Shown one piece after another: positions 37,850 through 48,753 of a stretch of DNA of 64,000 bases. The notes under the pieces are model-generated. The model had not been told where the DNA came from, made no database searches, and saw only the letters and a list, made by a program, of their open reading frames with translations. Made by a program: the position numbers and the translations under genes. Source of the DNA: an uncultured Gemmatimonadaceae bacterium (GTDB lineage Bacteria > Gemmatimonadota > Gemmatimonadetes > Gemmatimonadales > Gemmatimonadaceae); the NCBI GenBank assembly GCA_963740355.1, contig CAVUDW010000002.1, positions 384,001-448,000 on the forward strand, read 5' to 3'. The number at the start of each line of letters is the position of its first letter. Within the stretch, counting starts at the first letter, position 1.

Positions 37850-38977
37850 ATGACGCTCTCCAACTACCGCACACTCGGCCGATCGGGTCTGGTCGTCAGC
37901 CCACTCACGCTCGGTACGATGACCTTCGGCACCGTTCGCTGGGGATCAGACGAGGCGGATTCACGCGCCGTCTTTTCGGCCTACATCGAGGCCGGCGGCA
38001 ACTTCGTCGATACGGCCGACGTCTACGCCAGCGGCCGCAGCGAAGAGCTCCTGGGCACCTTCATCCGAGACACCAACCTCAGATCTCAGGTGGTCCTCGC
38101 CACAAAAGCCGGATTCTCGACCGGTGCAGGCCCGAGCCGTGGAGGCAATGGATCGAGCCATTTACACGCCAGCATCAACGCATCACTAAGACGTTTACAG
38201 ACGGATTACCTCGATCTCTACTTCGCACACACCTGGGATGGTGTCACGCCAGCGTCGGAACTGGTGGAGACGATGGCCACGCTCGTCCGGGCGGGAAAGA
38301 CACGCTACTGGGCGATGTCGAACGCTCCTGCCTGGTACATCGCGCAGCTGACGACGCTCGCCCAGACACGCGGACTCCCGACACCGATCGCGATCCAGGC
38401 TTTCTACTCTCTCGCCAATCGTGACATCGAAGACGAACACGTCCCCCTCTCGGCGGACACGGGCATGGGCATCATGCCGTGGAGTCCGCTGGCCTACGGC
38501 CTGCTCACCGGCAAGTACGACCGCGCAACAGTCGAGTCGGCGGGGCCACGAGCCAGCGGACTCCCGCGTGAGTCGGCGGACGGAACTGCCGCGCGCCCGC
38601 AGGACGACAAGCGACTCGATGGCGCAAATCCCTTCGGTGACTCACTCTTCACCGAGCGGAACTGGGGGATCGTCGATGAACTTGTCAGAGTCGCTCGCGC
38701 TATTAACGCGACGCCTGCTCAGGTGGCGCTGCAGTGGGTCGTCGGTCGGCCTGGCGTCGCGTCCACGCTCATGGGCGTCAGTCGAGTCGACCAACTCGTC
38801 GACAACGTCGCCGCTCTCGACCTCGCCATCCCCGATGAACATCTCCGGGCGTTGGATGCCATCAGCGCAGACAGCGACCCCCGCATGTTGTACGGTCTCT
38901 TCCGCGACCCGATTCGACGACATGCCGTCTTCGGCGGGTCCACCGTGCGTGGATGGGGCGAGCAAGCCGCGCGATAA
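37850..38977 (+). CDS. Aldo/keto reductase
   Basis: YRTLGRSGLVVS..LGTMTFG, DTADVY, LATK, SLRRLQTDYLDLY, PWSPLAYGLLTGKY, TPAQVAL. Confidence 0.94.
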   Translation: MTLSNYRTLGRSGLVVSPLTLGTMTFGTVRWGSDEADSRAVFSAYIEAGGNFVDTADVYASGRSEELLGTFIRDTNLRSQVVLATKAGFSTGAGPSRGGNGSSHLHASINASLRRLQTDYLDLYFAHTWDGVTPASELVETMATLVRAGKTRYWAMSNAPAWYIAQLTTLAQTRGLPTPIAIQAFYSLANRDIEDEHVPLSADTGMGIMPWSPLAYGLLTGKYDRATVESAGPRASGLPRESADGTAARPQDDKRLDGANPFGDSLFTERNWGIVDELVRVARAINATPAQVALQWVVGRPGVASTLMGVSRVDQLVDNVAALDLAIPDEHLRALDAISADSDPRMLYGLFRDPIRRHAVFGGSTVRGWGEQAAR

Positions 38978-39001
38978 AAGCGCGCTTCGGTAGCGTTTGC
39001 T

Positions 39002-39022
39002 TTGGTGTGTACCATACACTAT
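39002..39022. promoter_or_regulatory. NrtR operator upstream of nrtR-nadBAC
   Basis: TTGGTGTgtaccatACACTAT, a 21-bp imperfect palindrome with the GT-N7-AC core typical of NrtR boxes; overlaps -10-like TACACT. Confidence 0.7.
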
Positions 39023-39030
39023 TCTCGTGT

Positions 39031-39804
39031 ATGGACGACACTAACCAGACGCGACCGCAGGCCGTGCCGCACGCGATCCGGGTCGGTGTCGAGGTCGTCG
39101 TGTTCACCATTCGCGACGACGCCTTGCACGTGCTGCTCGCCCAGGCTGATGCCGCCTGGGCGCTGCCCACTGATCTCGTGCAGCCAGACGAGACCGTCGA
39201 TTGTACCGCGCGCCGAGCATTGGCTGACGTGGCCGGCTCGGGCAACGTCTGGCTCGAGCAGCTCTACACCTTTGGCGATGTGCATCGCGCGCCAACCGAT
39301 CGCGTCATCAGTATTGCGCACTATGCCCTTGTCTCGGCCGACGTACTGACCGACGCCGGCACCCGTGCCGCGCGCTGGTGGCCGGTCGCAACGCTGCCGC
39401 TCCTCGTGCTCGACCATCGGCGGATCATCGACTACGCGCTCACCCGGCTGCGCAACAAGCTGTCGTACACGACCGTGGGCTTTCAGCTGCTCCCCGCCCG
39501 GTTCACCCTCAGCGACCTGCAGCGCGTCTACGAGGTCATCCTCGGCCGTGAACTCGACAAGCGGAATTTCCGGCGCAAGGTCGAGCTGCTCGGCATCGTG
39601 AAGCCGACGCGCGAACAGCGCGTCGCCGCCAGCGGCCGACCGGCACAGCTCTATCGTTTCGTTGCCACCGAGGCCCCGGAGGCGATCGGTGCGCCGGAGC
39701 CGGTCGCGGCGACTCAGCCTGCCGTCCAGATCGCGCGTATCAGCCCCGTGCTCCGCCGTCGCGGACGCGTGGTGCCCGCCTCACCTGCTGAAGGAAATCG
39801 CTGA
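39031..39804 (+). CDS. nrtR: NrtR-family Nudix-related transcriptional regulator
   Basis: Nudix-like domain (LEQLYTFGD..R.P..RVISIAHYAL) plus wHTH (FTLSDLQRVYEVILGRELDKRNFRRK...GRPAQLYRF); directly upstream of nad genes. Confidence 0.88.
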   Translation: MDDTNQTRPQAVPHAIRVGVEVVVFTIRDDALHVLLAQADAAWALPTDLVQPDETVDCTARRALADVAGSGNVWLEQLYTFGDVHRAPTDRVISIAHYALVSADVLTDAGTRAARWWPVATLPLLVLDHRRIIDYALTRLRNKLSYTTVGFQLLPARFTLSDLQRVYEVILGRELDKRNFRRKVELLGIVKPTREQRVAASGRPAQLYRFVATEAPEAIGAPEPVAATQPAVQIARISPVLRRRGRVVPASPAEGNR

Positions 39805-41317
39805 TGGTCCAGCGTCTCACGACCCGCGTGCTCGTCGTTGGCAGCGGTGTCGCCGGCTTGTTCACCGCCTGGCGCTGCGCAGAGCAGGGGCCAGTGCTCC
39901 TGATGACCAAGCGCACCCTCCGCGACTCCAACACCATGTGGGCCCAAGGGGGCATCGCCGCCGCACTTGGCGCTGGCGACAGCCCGGAGCTGCATCGGCG
40001 TGACACGCTGGCCGCCGGTGCGGCACTCTGCGATGTGAACGCCGTCGAGGTGCTCGTCAACGAAGGCCCCGATCGTGTGCGAGAACTCGTGGGGGCTGGC
40101 GCCAGGTTCGACCTCAACGCGCGTGGCGACTTCAAGCTCGGCAAGGAAGCCGCGCATTCCCGCCGCCGCATCGTGCATGCGCAGGGTGACCAGACCGGTG
40201 CCGAAGTCTCACGCACCCTGATCGAGCGCGTGCAGGCGTCGCCGAACGTGAAGGTCCTCGAGACGGCGCGTGTGCTCGACCTCATTCTCGTCAACGGTCG
40301 CTGCATCGGTGTGCGCGCCGCCATCGACGGCAAGCCGGTCGAGGTCTATGCCGAAGCCGTGGTGATGGCGACAGGTGGGCTGGGCCAGGTGTATCGCTAC
40401 ACGACCAATCCCACCGTGGCCACGGGCGATGGCTTCGCGATCGCGCATCGTGCCGGTGCACGCATGGCCGACATGGAGTTCGTGCAGTTCCATCCCACGG
40501 CGTTGCAGACCAGTGAAAACCCCCTTGCACTGGTGAGCGAGGCCGTGCGTGGTGAAGGCGCGACGCTGCTCGATGGCACGGGAAAGCGGTTCATGCCGGA
40601 GAAGCACAAGTTGGCCGAGCTGGCGCCGCGTGACATCGTGGCGCGCGAGATCTTTCGCGCGCAGGAGCGCACCGGCGTGGTCCATCTCGATGCGCGAGCG
40701 ATCACCGACTTCGACACGCCGCTTCCCGGGCATCTTCCATCTCTGCACGGCACGCGGTGTCGACCCGCGCAAGGACCTGATTCCGGTGACGCCGGCGGCG
40801 CACTACATGATGGGCGGGATCGTCACCAACCTCGACGGTCGCACCACCATCCCCGGCATGTACGCCTGTGGTGAGGTTGCCTGCACCGGTGTGCATGGCG
40901 CAAACCGTCTCGCGTCGAACTCGTTGCTCGAGGGCCTCGTGTTCGCGGAGCGTGTTTCACGCGATGCGGCGCATCTCAAGCCACACGGTATTGCGGAGCC
41001 ATCGCCGGAAGTGTGGGATGTGCCGGTGTTGCTCGACCACGGTGCTGCCCAGGTCGCGGCCGACAACGTGCGACAGACGATGTGGCAGTATGCCGGGATC
41101 GACCGCACGGCGCGCGGGCTTGCGCACTGCGGTGAAGGAAGTGGATGCGATTGAATCGCGCCTGCCCGTTGGCGCGACCGAAGAGTTGAACATGGTGCAG
41201 ACGGCTCGCCTGATCGTGCAGGCCGCACTGCTACGGAAGGAGAGTCGCGGTGGGCATTACCGCAGCGACTTCCCGCGCGCCCGCAACAAGTGGCGCGAAA
41301 CGCATATCGAATGGTGA
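39804..41317 (+). pseudogene. nadB: L-aspartate oxidase, split by two apparent +1 frameshifts (pseudogene or sequencing error)
   Basis: VVGSGVAG, WAQGGIAA, AAHSRRRIVHA, EFVQFHPT, SEAVRGEG in frame 1; PAAHYMMGG, GVHGANRLASNSLLEG in frame 2; RKESRGGHYRSDFP in frame 3. Extra bases near 40719-40720 and 41116-41121. Confidence 0.88.
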
Positions 41318-41327
41318 GGACGACGGC

Positions 41328-42341
41328 ATGACGGTGCTCGAAACGCACAACGACCCAGCACTCGCAGCGGAGATCCGCGCGTTGGCCAAGGCCCGCAACG
41401 CGGTCATCCTGGCCCACAACTACGAGCGTCCGGAGATCCAGGATGTCGCGGACTACGTCGGCGATTCCCTTGGACTCTCACGCGAGGCGGCTCGCACCGA
41501 TGCTGATGTGATCGTGTTCTGTGGCGTGCACTTCATGGCCGAAACGGCCGCGATTCTGTCGCCGCAGAAGACGGTGCTGCTGCCCGACCTCGCCGCTGGC
41601 TGCTCGCTCGCGTCGACGATCGACGCCGATCAGCTGCGTGCCTGGAAGAAGGAATACCCCGACGCGGTCGTCGTCAGCTACGTCAACACCACCGCCGAAG
41701 TCAAAGCCGAGACCGACTACTGCTGTACCTCAGGCAACGCGGTGGACGTGATCAACGCCATTCCCGCCGACAAGACGATCCTCTTCTGCCCCGACATGTT
41801 CCTTGGCGCCCACGTCAAGCGTGTCACGGGGCGCGAGAACATCGTCGTCTGGATGGGGGAGTGTCACGTGCATGCCGGCATCGATCCCGAGAACATCAAC
41901 CTGATGCGCGCCGAACACCCCGATGCCGAGTTCCTCGTGCATCCGGAGTGCGGCTGCACCACCAGCGTACTGGATGCGGTGTCGAGTGGCTCGATCTCCA
42001 GCCGTCAGCTGCAAGTATTGAGCACCGAGGGAATGATCAAGCGCCCAGCGCAGAGCGCGTCGAAGGAGTTCATCGTCGCCACCGAGATCGGAATCCTGCA
42101 TCGCTTGCGCAATGAAAATCCGACGAAGCAGTTCTTCGCCGCCAACGATCGCGCCAGCTGCGCCTACATGAAGGTGACGACGCTGCCGAAGGTGTTGCGT
42201 GCACTGCAGACGATGGAGAACCACATCACGGTGCCACCAGAGATTGCCGCCCGCGCCAAGTTGGCGATCGATCGGATGGTGGCCATCGGCGGTACGGCAC
42301 CATCCACGCCACCCGGCCCCGGCGTCGATCCTGGCGAATGA
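41328..42341 (+). CDS. nadA: Quinolinate synthase A
   Basis: ILAHNYE, GDSL, FCGVHFMAETA, AGCSLA, YVNTTA, GECHVH, HPEC, CAYMK. Confidence 0.96.
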   Translation: MTVLETHNDPALAAEIRALAKARNAVILAHNYERPEIQDVADYVGDSLGLSREAARTDADVIVFCGVHFMAETAAILSPQKTVLLPDLAAGCSLASTIDADQLRAWKKEYPDAVVVSYVNTTAEVKAETDYCCTSGNAVDVINAIPADKTILFCPDMFLGAHVKRVTGRENIVVWMGECHVHAGIDPENINLMRAEHPDAEFLVHPECGCTTSVLDAVSSGSISSRQLQVLSTEGMIKRPAQSASKEFIVATEIGILHRLRNENPTKQFFAANDRASCAYMKVTTLPKVLRALQTMENHITVPPEIAARAKLAIDRMVAIGGTAPSTPPGPGVDPGE

Positions 42342-43213
42342 GCACCACACCTGCCACCGCTGACCTGTTCGGCTTTCCGCTCAACGCACCGGAGCTCCAT
42401 GCTGCGGTGCGTGAGGCGCTGCTCGAGGATCGCACGTTCGAGGATGTGACGACGCTCGCCACGATTCCGGCCAGTGCCGTATCGTCCGCGACGCTGGGGG
42501 CGCGCAAGGCGGGTGTCATCTGCGGTGGGCCGCTAGCGGTCGAAGCCTTCAGCCAGTTGTCGCCATTGGTACGCATCGAGGTGATCCGCGCCGACGGTAC
42601 TGTCGTCGAGCCGGGTGACGAAGTCCTGCGGATCATTGGCCCATCGCGTGCCGTGTTGCAGGCTGAACGCGTCGCGCTCAACTACATGATGCATCTCTCC
42701 GGTGTGGCATCACTCACGCGCGCCTACGTGACGGCGATCGCTGGCACCAAGGCGCGTATCCTCGACACACGCAAGACGACGCCTGGCCTGCGGCATCTCG
42801 AGAAGTATGCGGTGCGATGCGGTGGTGGTCGTAACCACCGCATGGACCTGGCATCGATGGCGATGCTCAAGGACAACCATCTGGCGGCCGTTGGCGGCGA
42901 TATCATCGCGGCCGTCGCCGCAGTGCGTGCCGCAGTGCCCGAAGGGACGCTGATCGAAGTCGAGGCCGATCGCGCCGAGCAGGTCGAGCGGGCGCTCGCT
43001 TCTGGCGCCGACGTCATCATGCTCGACAACATGTCGCTCGACGAGATGCGCGAGTGTGTTGCGCTCGTGAACGGTGTCGTGATCGTCGAAGCCAGCGGCG
43101 GTGTGACCCTCGACCGCGTCCGTGCGATTGCCGAAACCGGTGTCGACTGGATCAGCGTCGGTGCCCTCACCCACTCGGCACCGGCGCTGGACCTCGGCCT
43201 GGACTTCGCCTAG
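42338..43213 (+). CDS. nadC: Nicotinate-nucleotide pyrophosphorylase (QAPRTase)
   Basis: ERVALN, DTRKTTPGLR..EKYAV, NHR, KDNH, EVE, MLDNM, EASGG, SVGALTHS. Confidence 0.96.
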   Translation: MSTTPATADLFGFPLNAPELHAAVREALLEDRTFEDVTTLATIPASAVSSATLGARKAGVICGGPLAVEAFSQLSPLVRIEVIRADGTVVEPGDEVLRIIGPSRAVLQAERVALNYMMHLSGVASLTRAYVTAIAGTKARILDTRKTTPGLRHLEKYAVRCGGGRNHRMDLASMAMLKDNHLAAVGGDIIAAVAAVRAAVPEGTLIEVEADRAEQVERALASGADVIMLDNMSLDEMRECVALVNGVVIVEASGGVTLDRVRAIAETGVDWISVGALTHSAPALDLGLDFA

Positions 43214-45042
43214 GCGACGCTCGTCGATTCCGGTGGCATGCGCATCGCCACCTGCGGTTCCTTCCGGATGTCGAGCTGCACCTCGAGGACCGAATCGGGC
43301 ACGAATGCCCCGCCGGCCTTCCGCAGGTCCTCGGCAATGGCGCGACGGGTGGCGTCCTGTGGACTCTGCAGGTTCTCGCGCTGTTCCTTGAAGCGACGAC
43401 CGCTCTGCACGCAGAACAGGTCGCAGAGGTGCAGCTCGCGCTCCAGCGCTTCCAGCCCTCGTTCGCGCAGCAGGCGCTGAGTGCGGCTCAACACACAGGC
43501 GCGCGCGAACAGTTCGATCGCCATGTTCGAGAGCCGCTCGACCAGCATCTGCTTGTCGATCAGCTGCTTCTTGTGCGCCACGATGGCGGCATCGGTCGCG
43601 GTTCGCAGCTCGGCGACGTGCTTCTCGAAGTACTTCCGGTGCGGCTGCAGGCGCGCGTGCATCGGCGTGTCCACCGTCGCATCGTCACCAACGCGCAACA
43701 CACTCTTCACCTTGCCGACGACGAATTCGCTGAGGAGCCCCATGTTCTGCATCGGGGCCTTCATCGCATCGCCGATCTCCTTCAGCGTCTCCGCCGGACC
43801 CTGCACCCCGTTGAGCGCAATGAACAGGCGAAGGATCTCGTTCGCACCCTCGAAGATGCGGTTGATGCGCGCGTCGCGAAGCTGACGTTCGTATGGCCAC
43901 GGCTTCGAGAATCCGCGGCCCCCTGCCAACTGCACCATCTCGTCCGTCGCACGCCACACCATCTCCGACGCGAACACCTTCACACACGCCGCTTCCAGCG
44001 ACGCGTCTACGTCGGGTCGCGACATCAGCGAAGTCAACATGCCGATCATGCTGTCTGCTGCGTACTGGTCGGCGGCGAGGTCGGCCATCTTGCGCTGCGT
44101 GATCTCGAAGTCTGCCAGCGGCTTGCCGAATTGCACCCGTTCCTCGGCGTACTGCACGAACTGCGTGATCACATTTCGCGTCGCCAGTGTACACCCAGCA
44201 GCCAGGCTGAGTCGGCCGGCGTTCAATGCGTGCACGGCCACCTTGAAGCCCTTGCCCACCTCGCCGAGCACGTGATCGATCGGCACTTCCATGTTGTCGA
44301 AGCGCAGTTCGGCTTGCGTCGATCCCTTGATGCCCAGCTTGCGAAAGGTGCGTTCGACGTGAAAGCCCGGCATGTCGGGACGGATGATGAAGGCCGTTGG
44401 CCGCATCACGATCTTTCCGCTCCGCTCCACCGGAGTCTGCGCGAAGGTTGCCAGTACACCCGCGCGATGTCCGTTGCCGATCCAGTACTTGCGACCACTC
44501 AGCAGCCAGTGGGTGCCAGCGTCGTTCAGTCGCGCCGAGGTCACGATGTGCTGCGCGTCCGACCCCGTCTCCGGTTCAGTGAGTGCGTAGGCGGCGAGCG
44601 TCTCACCGCGCGCCAGCATCGGCAGGTAGCGCGCCTTCTGCTCGGCGTTGCCATACAGCGCAATCGCCTTGCCCCCGAGGCCGCAGTGCACACCCACCAG
44701 CACGGCCAGCGACGGGTCCACGGTGGCGACCGCGGCGAAGAGGCGCGCGTATCCTGCCTGCGAGAGTCCCAGCCCGCCGTATTCCTTCGGGATGCTGATC
44801 CCCAGCAGGCCGAGCTTCGCGAAGGCCTCGATCACCGGTTCCGGGATCGTTTCGTCCTCGTCGAACTGGTCGGGCCGAATCAGGTCGCCAACCAGCGCGT
44901 TCAGTTCGCGAATGATCCGTGAGACGACCGCCGCTTCGGCTGGATCGCGCTGCTCCAGCGAATCCGGATACGGAAAGATCAGGTCGTCATGGATTTCACC
45001 GGCAAAGAGGCTGCGGGTGAAGGAACGCGTGGCGCTGCTCAT
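43210..45042 (-). CDS. Acyl-CoA dehydrogenase (ACAD9/VLCAD-like, with C-terminal extension)
   Basis: AYALTEPETGSDA, KYWIGN, KLGIKGS, RVQFGKPL, RDARINRIFEGANEILR. Confidence 0.93.
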   Translation of the reverse strand: MSSATRSFTRSLFAGEIHDDLIFPYPDSLEQRDPAEAAVVSRIIRELNALVGDLIRPDQFDEDETIPEPVIEAFAKLGLLGISIPKEYGGLGLSQAGYARLFAAVATVDPSLAVLVGVHCGLGGKAIALYGNAEQKARYLPMLARGETLAAYALTEPETGSDAQHIVTSARLNDAGTHWLLSGRKYWIGNGHRAGVLATFAQTPVERSGKIVMRPTAFIIRPDMPGFHVERTFRKLGIKGSTQAELRFDNMEVPIDHVLGEVGKGFKVAVHALNAGRLSLAAGCTLATRNVITQFVQYAEERVQFGKPLADFEITQRKMADLAADQYAADSMIGMLTSLMSRPDVDASLEAACVKVFASEMVWRATDEMVQLAGGRGFSKPWPYERQLRDARINRIFEGANEILRLFIALNGVQGPAETLKEIGDAMKAPMQNMGLLSEFVVGKVKSVLRVGDDATVDTPMHARLQPHRKYFEKHVAELRTATDAAIVAHKKQLIDKQMLVERLSNMAIELFARACVLSRTQRLLRERGLEALERELHLCDLFCVQSGRRFKEQRENLQSPQDATRRAIAEDLRKAGGAFVPDSVLEVQLDIRKEPQVAMRMPPESTSVA

Positions 45043-45110
45043 AAAGCTCGAATGCGGCTGGTGAGACGGAACTTCAGCAGGGGAAAGTAAATAGGCGGTG
45101 GCGCGGTGAT

Positions 45111-47156
45111 TCAGCCCGCGGTCATCCGGACCGCCGTCCGGAGCTGGCGCGCCAGCGTCGCGGCGTCCGTGGTGGGGAGCTCGCAGGCAAACCCTCGGCA
45201 GACGTACGCTGTCGGCAGTGCGTCGCGTTGCCCGCGGCCGCGCAGGAGCGCCGGTGCGTCGGTGGCGTCCGATCCACGCGCGAGCACCAGCGTGGGCACA
45301 TACATCTGCCGCAGGACGGCACTGAGGGCGTTTTCGTCGCTATCCGATACCAACGCGACTTGCACGCTGCCATGCACATGACGATCGGCCAGGCCGAGCC
45401 AGTGCCCGAAGCCGAGAGGATGTTCCGCCATCGGTGCCGCGACGGCGGCCAGTTGCGCCGCGACGATGGCCGCGTACCCGGACACGTCATCGAGTGACGC
45501 CAGTTGCATCAGCACATCGCACGCGAGCGCAGAGCCGGACGGTGTTGCATTGTCCGTCAGCTCGCGCGGTCGCGTGATCAGTACTTCATGATCGCGAGCG
45601 GTATCGTAGAACCCGTTGGAGCCTGGCTCGTAGAAATCACGTAGCATCGCCGCGGCCAGCGTTCTCGCGAGTGCGAGGTGCCGTGTGTCGCCGGTGGCGG
45701 CGTAGAGCGCCAGGAGCCCCGCAGCGACAGAGGCCTGGTCCTCGAGGAAGCCCGGCGTCTTCTGCACCCCGTCGATCCACGTGCGAGCAACTCTGTCGCC
45801 GGACAGCATCTCCGTGGTGAGAAACGCTGCCAGGCGCTCGGCCGCACGCAGGAGCTCCGCGTCGTTGAAGACGCGCGCGCCGTCGGCCAGGGCCGCGAGC
45901 ATCAGGCCGTTCCACGATGCGATGCGTTTCTGGTCGGTGGCGGGGGGCACTCGTGAGCTGCGGGCTTCCAGCAGTGTGGCCCGCACCAACGCCAGCTGGT
46001 GCTCCGCCTCGGCGACCGAGAGGTCGAGCCGCATCGCCACGATTTCCATCGGCAAAGGTGCCGTGAGGATCGAGCGGCCGTCGAAGTTTCCTTTGGCCGT
46101 CACCCCGTAGGCCAACTCCGCCAGTGCCGCCTGCTCACCAAGGAGCGCGCGCAGTTCTGCACGCGACCAGGTGTAGTAGCGGCCTTCCTCGCCTTCGCTG
46201 TCGGCATCGATGCTGGCGTAGATCCCGCCTTCGGGGCCGGTCATCTCGCGCATGATCCACGCGAAGGTGTCACGGGTGACACGTTCGACTTCTGCGCTGC
46301 CGGTGGATTGTGCGAGACACACTCCCAGCCGCGCGAGGAGGGCATTGTCGTACAGCATCTTCTCGAAGTGCGGCACGATCCACTCGCGGTCAGTCGCATA
46401 GCGAGCGAAGCCGCCGCCGATCTGGTCCCGGATGCCACCTCGGGCCATCGACAGCCACGACTCCGTCACCACGCCAAGGGCGGCGTCATCGGCGTGCCGG
46501 GTGCCGTGACGGAGCAGGAAGTCGAGCGCCATCGTATGCGGGAATTTCGGCGCGGCGCCAAAGCCGTGATGCTCGGTGTCGTACAGCCGGAGCAGGGTGC
46601 TGGCGGCGTCTGCCAGCGTGGCCGGGCCCAACTCTCCTGACGGAGTGAGTGGGGCGGTGGCATTGGCGTAGAGCGCCCGCAGCGTGGCAGTCGTGGCTTC
46701 CACCGCATCGCGTTTCGTGCGCCAGGCGTTGGCCACGCTCTGCATCAGTCGGCCGAAGCTCGGCACGCCCTGCATGTCCTTGGGCGGAAAATACGTGCCG
46801 CCGTAGAAGGGCTCGCCCTCCGGTGTCAGGAACACGGTCATCGGCCAGCCACCGCGGCCGGTCATCGCCTGGACCGCCTGCATGTAGATCCCGTCCACAT
46901 CGGGCCGCTCCTCGCGGTCGACCTTCACGTTCACGAAGAGCTCGTTCATCACCGCGGCCGTCGCCGGGTCCTCGAACGACTCGTGGGCCATGACGTGGCA
47001 CCAGTGGCACGCCGCGTAGCCGATGCTGAGCAGGATCGGCCGGTCGGTTGCACGCGCGCTGGCGAACGCGTCTTCTCCCCACGGGTACCAGTCCACTGGA
47101 TTCCCGGCGTGCTGTCGAAGGTAGGGTGACGTTTCGGTTTCGAGTCGATTCGGCAT
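45111..47156 (-). CDS. YyaL/SSP411-type thioredoxin-domain protein (DUF255)
   Basis: [58 protein letters not shown]. Confidence 0.94.
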   Translation of the reverse strand: MPNRLETETSPYLRQHAGNPVDWYPWGEDAFASARATDRPILLSIGYAACHWCHVMAHESFEDPATAAVMNELFVNVKVDREERPDVDGIYMQAVQAMTGRGGWPMTVFLTPEGEPFYGGTYFPPKDMQGVPSFGRLMQSVANAWRTKRDAVEATTATLRALYANATAPLTPSGELGPATLADAASTLLRLYDTEHHGFGAAPKFPHTMALDFLLRHGTRHADDAALGVVTESWLSMARGGIRDQIGGGFARYATDREWIVPHFEKMLYDNALLARLGVCLAQSTGSAEVERVTRDTFAWIMREMTGPEGGIYASIDADSEGEEGRYYTWSRAELRALLGEQAALAELAYGVTAKGNFDGRSILTAPLPMEIVAMRLDLSVAEAEHQLALVRATLLEARSSRVPPATDQKRIASWNGLMLAALADGARVFNDAELLRAAERLAAFLTTEMLSGDRVARTWIDGVQKTPGFLEDQASVAAGLLALYAATGDTRHLALARTLAAAMLRDFYEPGSNGFYDTARDHEVLITRPRELTDNATPSGSALACDVLMQLASLDDVSGYAAIVAAQLAAVAAPMAEHPLGFGHWLGLADRHVHGSVQVALVSDSDENALSAVLRQMYVPTLVLARGSDATDAPALLRGRGQRDALPTAYVCRGFACELPTTDAATLARQLRTAVRMTAG

Positions 47157-47351
47157 GCAAGCAGTACTTGCGGAAGACGTTGTGGTCGGCTCACGTTGCC
47201 GACTTCAACGTAGCCGTCCGGTTCGCCTTCTCCGCACGCCACGTCCCTCAACTTTTACCGCGTGACCGAACGAACACCGAAGACTGCGCCAGTTGGGGCC
47301 GTCTCCACATCGCGTTGCCATCGCACCCTGTGCCCCGTCACGCGGCGGGCC

Positions 47352-48683
47352 ATGGTGCTGCGTCACCGGCTGCGCGCGATTTGCGCCCGCGACCTGTTTT
47401 TCCCCGTACTCATCACGCTGCTGGTGCTGGGCACGGCGTTCGCCCCGCAGGTGCCGCTGCGTGACGCCGTCACGTTCGGCGACGTATCCGGCATGCGCCT
47501 CGCCATCAGTCGCGAGTTTGCGATCGTTGCGCCGTTCTGTGCCGTGCTCGACATGCAATCGCTGCTGACGGTACCGCAGCACATCGCGCTGCTCGCGACA
47601 CTGCTGGTTGGATTTGCGATCTGGCGGGTTGTCGCCTTCGCGCGAAGCTCGAGCTACCCGGTCTGGCGTCGGGAACTCGGCAGCCTGTTGCTGGTGCTCG
47701 CCGTGCCGGTGGCACTGCTGCTGGTGAATGTGCTGGTGCCGCGGCCGATGGCGAGGCTGGTCGTCGATGATCCGAACATTGTGGTCGTGGACGTTCATGC
47801 CCACACCGCCTCTTCGCACGATGCACGACCCGATTGGACGCAGGAGCGTGTGCGCGAATGGCATGCCGCCAGTGGCTTCGACGTCGCGTACATCACCGAT
47901 CACAAGCGGTTCGGTGGTGCGATCGATGGACTGGCGGCGAATCCGGCCCGCGCCGGCGACGGAGTGGTGCTCCTGTCCGGACTCGAACTCCGTAGCGGTG
48001 GTCAGCACGTCAACGTGCTCTCCATGACGCAGGCCGAGTCGGCGTATGTGGTCGGTGGCGACCATCTGACCAAGGCCATCCACCTCGCCGATGGCCGGAA
48101 GCCGATCATCGTCCAGACCGTGCCGTTCAAGCTGCCGCTGTTTGCCGGACCGGGGCAGGATTCGCTCGCCTACACCACGGCGCTCGAGCTCAACGACGGG
48201 GCGCCGCGTGGCTTGACGATGGGTCTCAAGAGCCACGCCGTACTGCTTCACCTCGCTGATTCGCTCAACCTCGCGCTGGTGGCTGGCTCCGACAACCACG
48301 GCTGGGGCAACACGTCGAGCGGCTGGACGCTGGTGAATGTGCCAGGGTGGCGCGACATGTCCCCCAGTGCTCTGGCTGTGGCTCTCGAGACGGCGATGAG
48401 CCGCGGCCGGCAGGCCACGCGGGTGGTGGAGCGCCGCACACCACTGCTGCTCTCAGCGTCGCAAGTTGTCCTCACCGTGCCCGTGATGCTGATCACCGCC
48501 GCGCGCGGACTCACGCCGCCAGAGCGTGTGAGCTGGATCGTCTGGGGCTGGACGTCGCTGCTGGTGCGACTGGGCATCCGTCGGGCGGCGCATCTCTCGC
48601 TGGCCCGTGCCCGCCTTGCACGTCAGCGTCGTCGGCAGCGGATTCGTATCGTCCCACTGGGATCGGTGGGCCTGCAGAGCTGA
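47352..48683 (+). CDS. Membrane-anchored PHP-fold metallo-phosphoesterase-like protein
   Basis: N-terminal TM helices; DVHAHT..SHD, ITDH, SGLE, HVN, GSDNHG; C-terminal hydrophobic segments. Start uncertain (47262 or 47352). Confidence 0.75.
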   Translation: MVLRHRLRAICARDLFFPVLITLLVLGTAFAPQVPLRDAVTFGDVSGMRLAISREFAIVAPFCAVLDMQSLLTVPQHIALLATLLVGFAIWRVVAFARSSSYPVWRRELGSLLLVLAVPVALLLVNVLVPRPMARLVVDDPNIVVVDVHAHTASSHDARPDWTQERVREWHAASGFDVAYITDHKRFGGAIDGLAANPARAGDGVVLLSGLELRSGGQHVNVLSMTQAESAYVVGGDHLTKAIHLADGRKPIIVQTVPFKLPLFAGPGQDSLAYTTALELNDGAPRGLTMGLKSHAVLLHLADSLNLALVAGSDNHGWGNTSSGWTLVNVPGWRDMSPSALAVALETAMSRGRQATRVVERRTPLLLSASQVVLTVPVMLITAARGLTPPERVSWIVWGWTSLLVRLGIRRAAHLSLARARLARQRRRQRIRIVPLGSVGLQS

Positions 48684-48753
48684 GGCTCTGGCGTCATATT
48701 CGGTAGCGCGCCGCGAACCACATCCCTGGCGCTTCCCACCGAATTGCGATCTC

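Noticed and set aside
40700..41130. Programmed ribosomal frameshifting in nadB
   Set aside because: No slippery heptamer or stimulatory element at either site, and two successive shifts would be needed.
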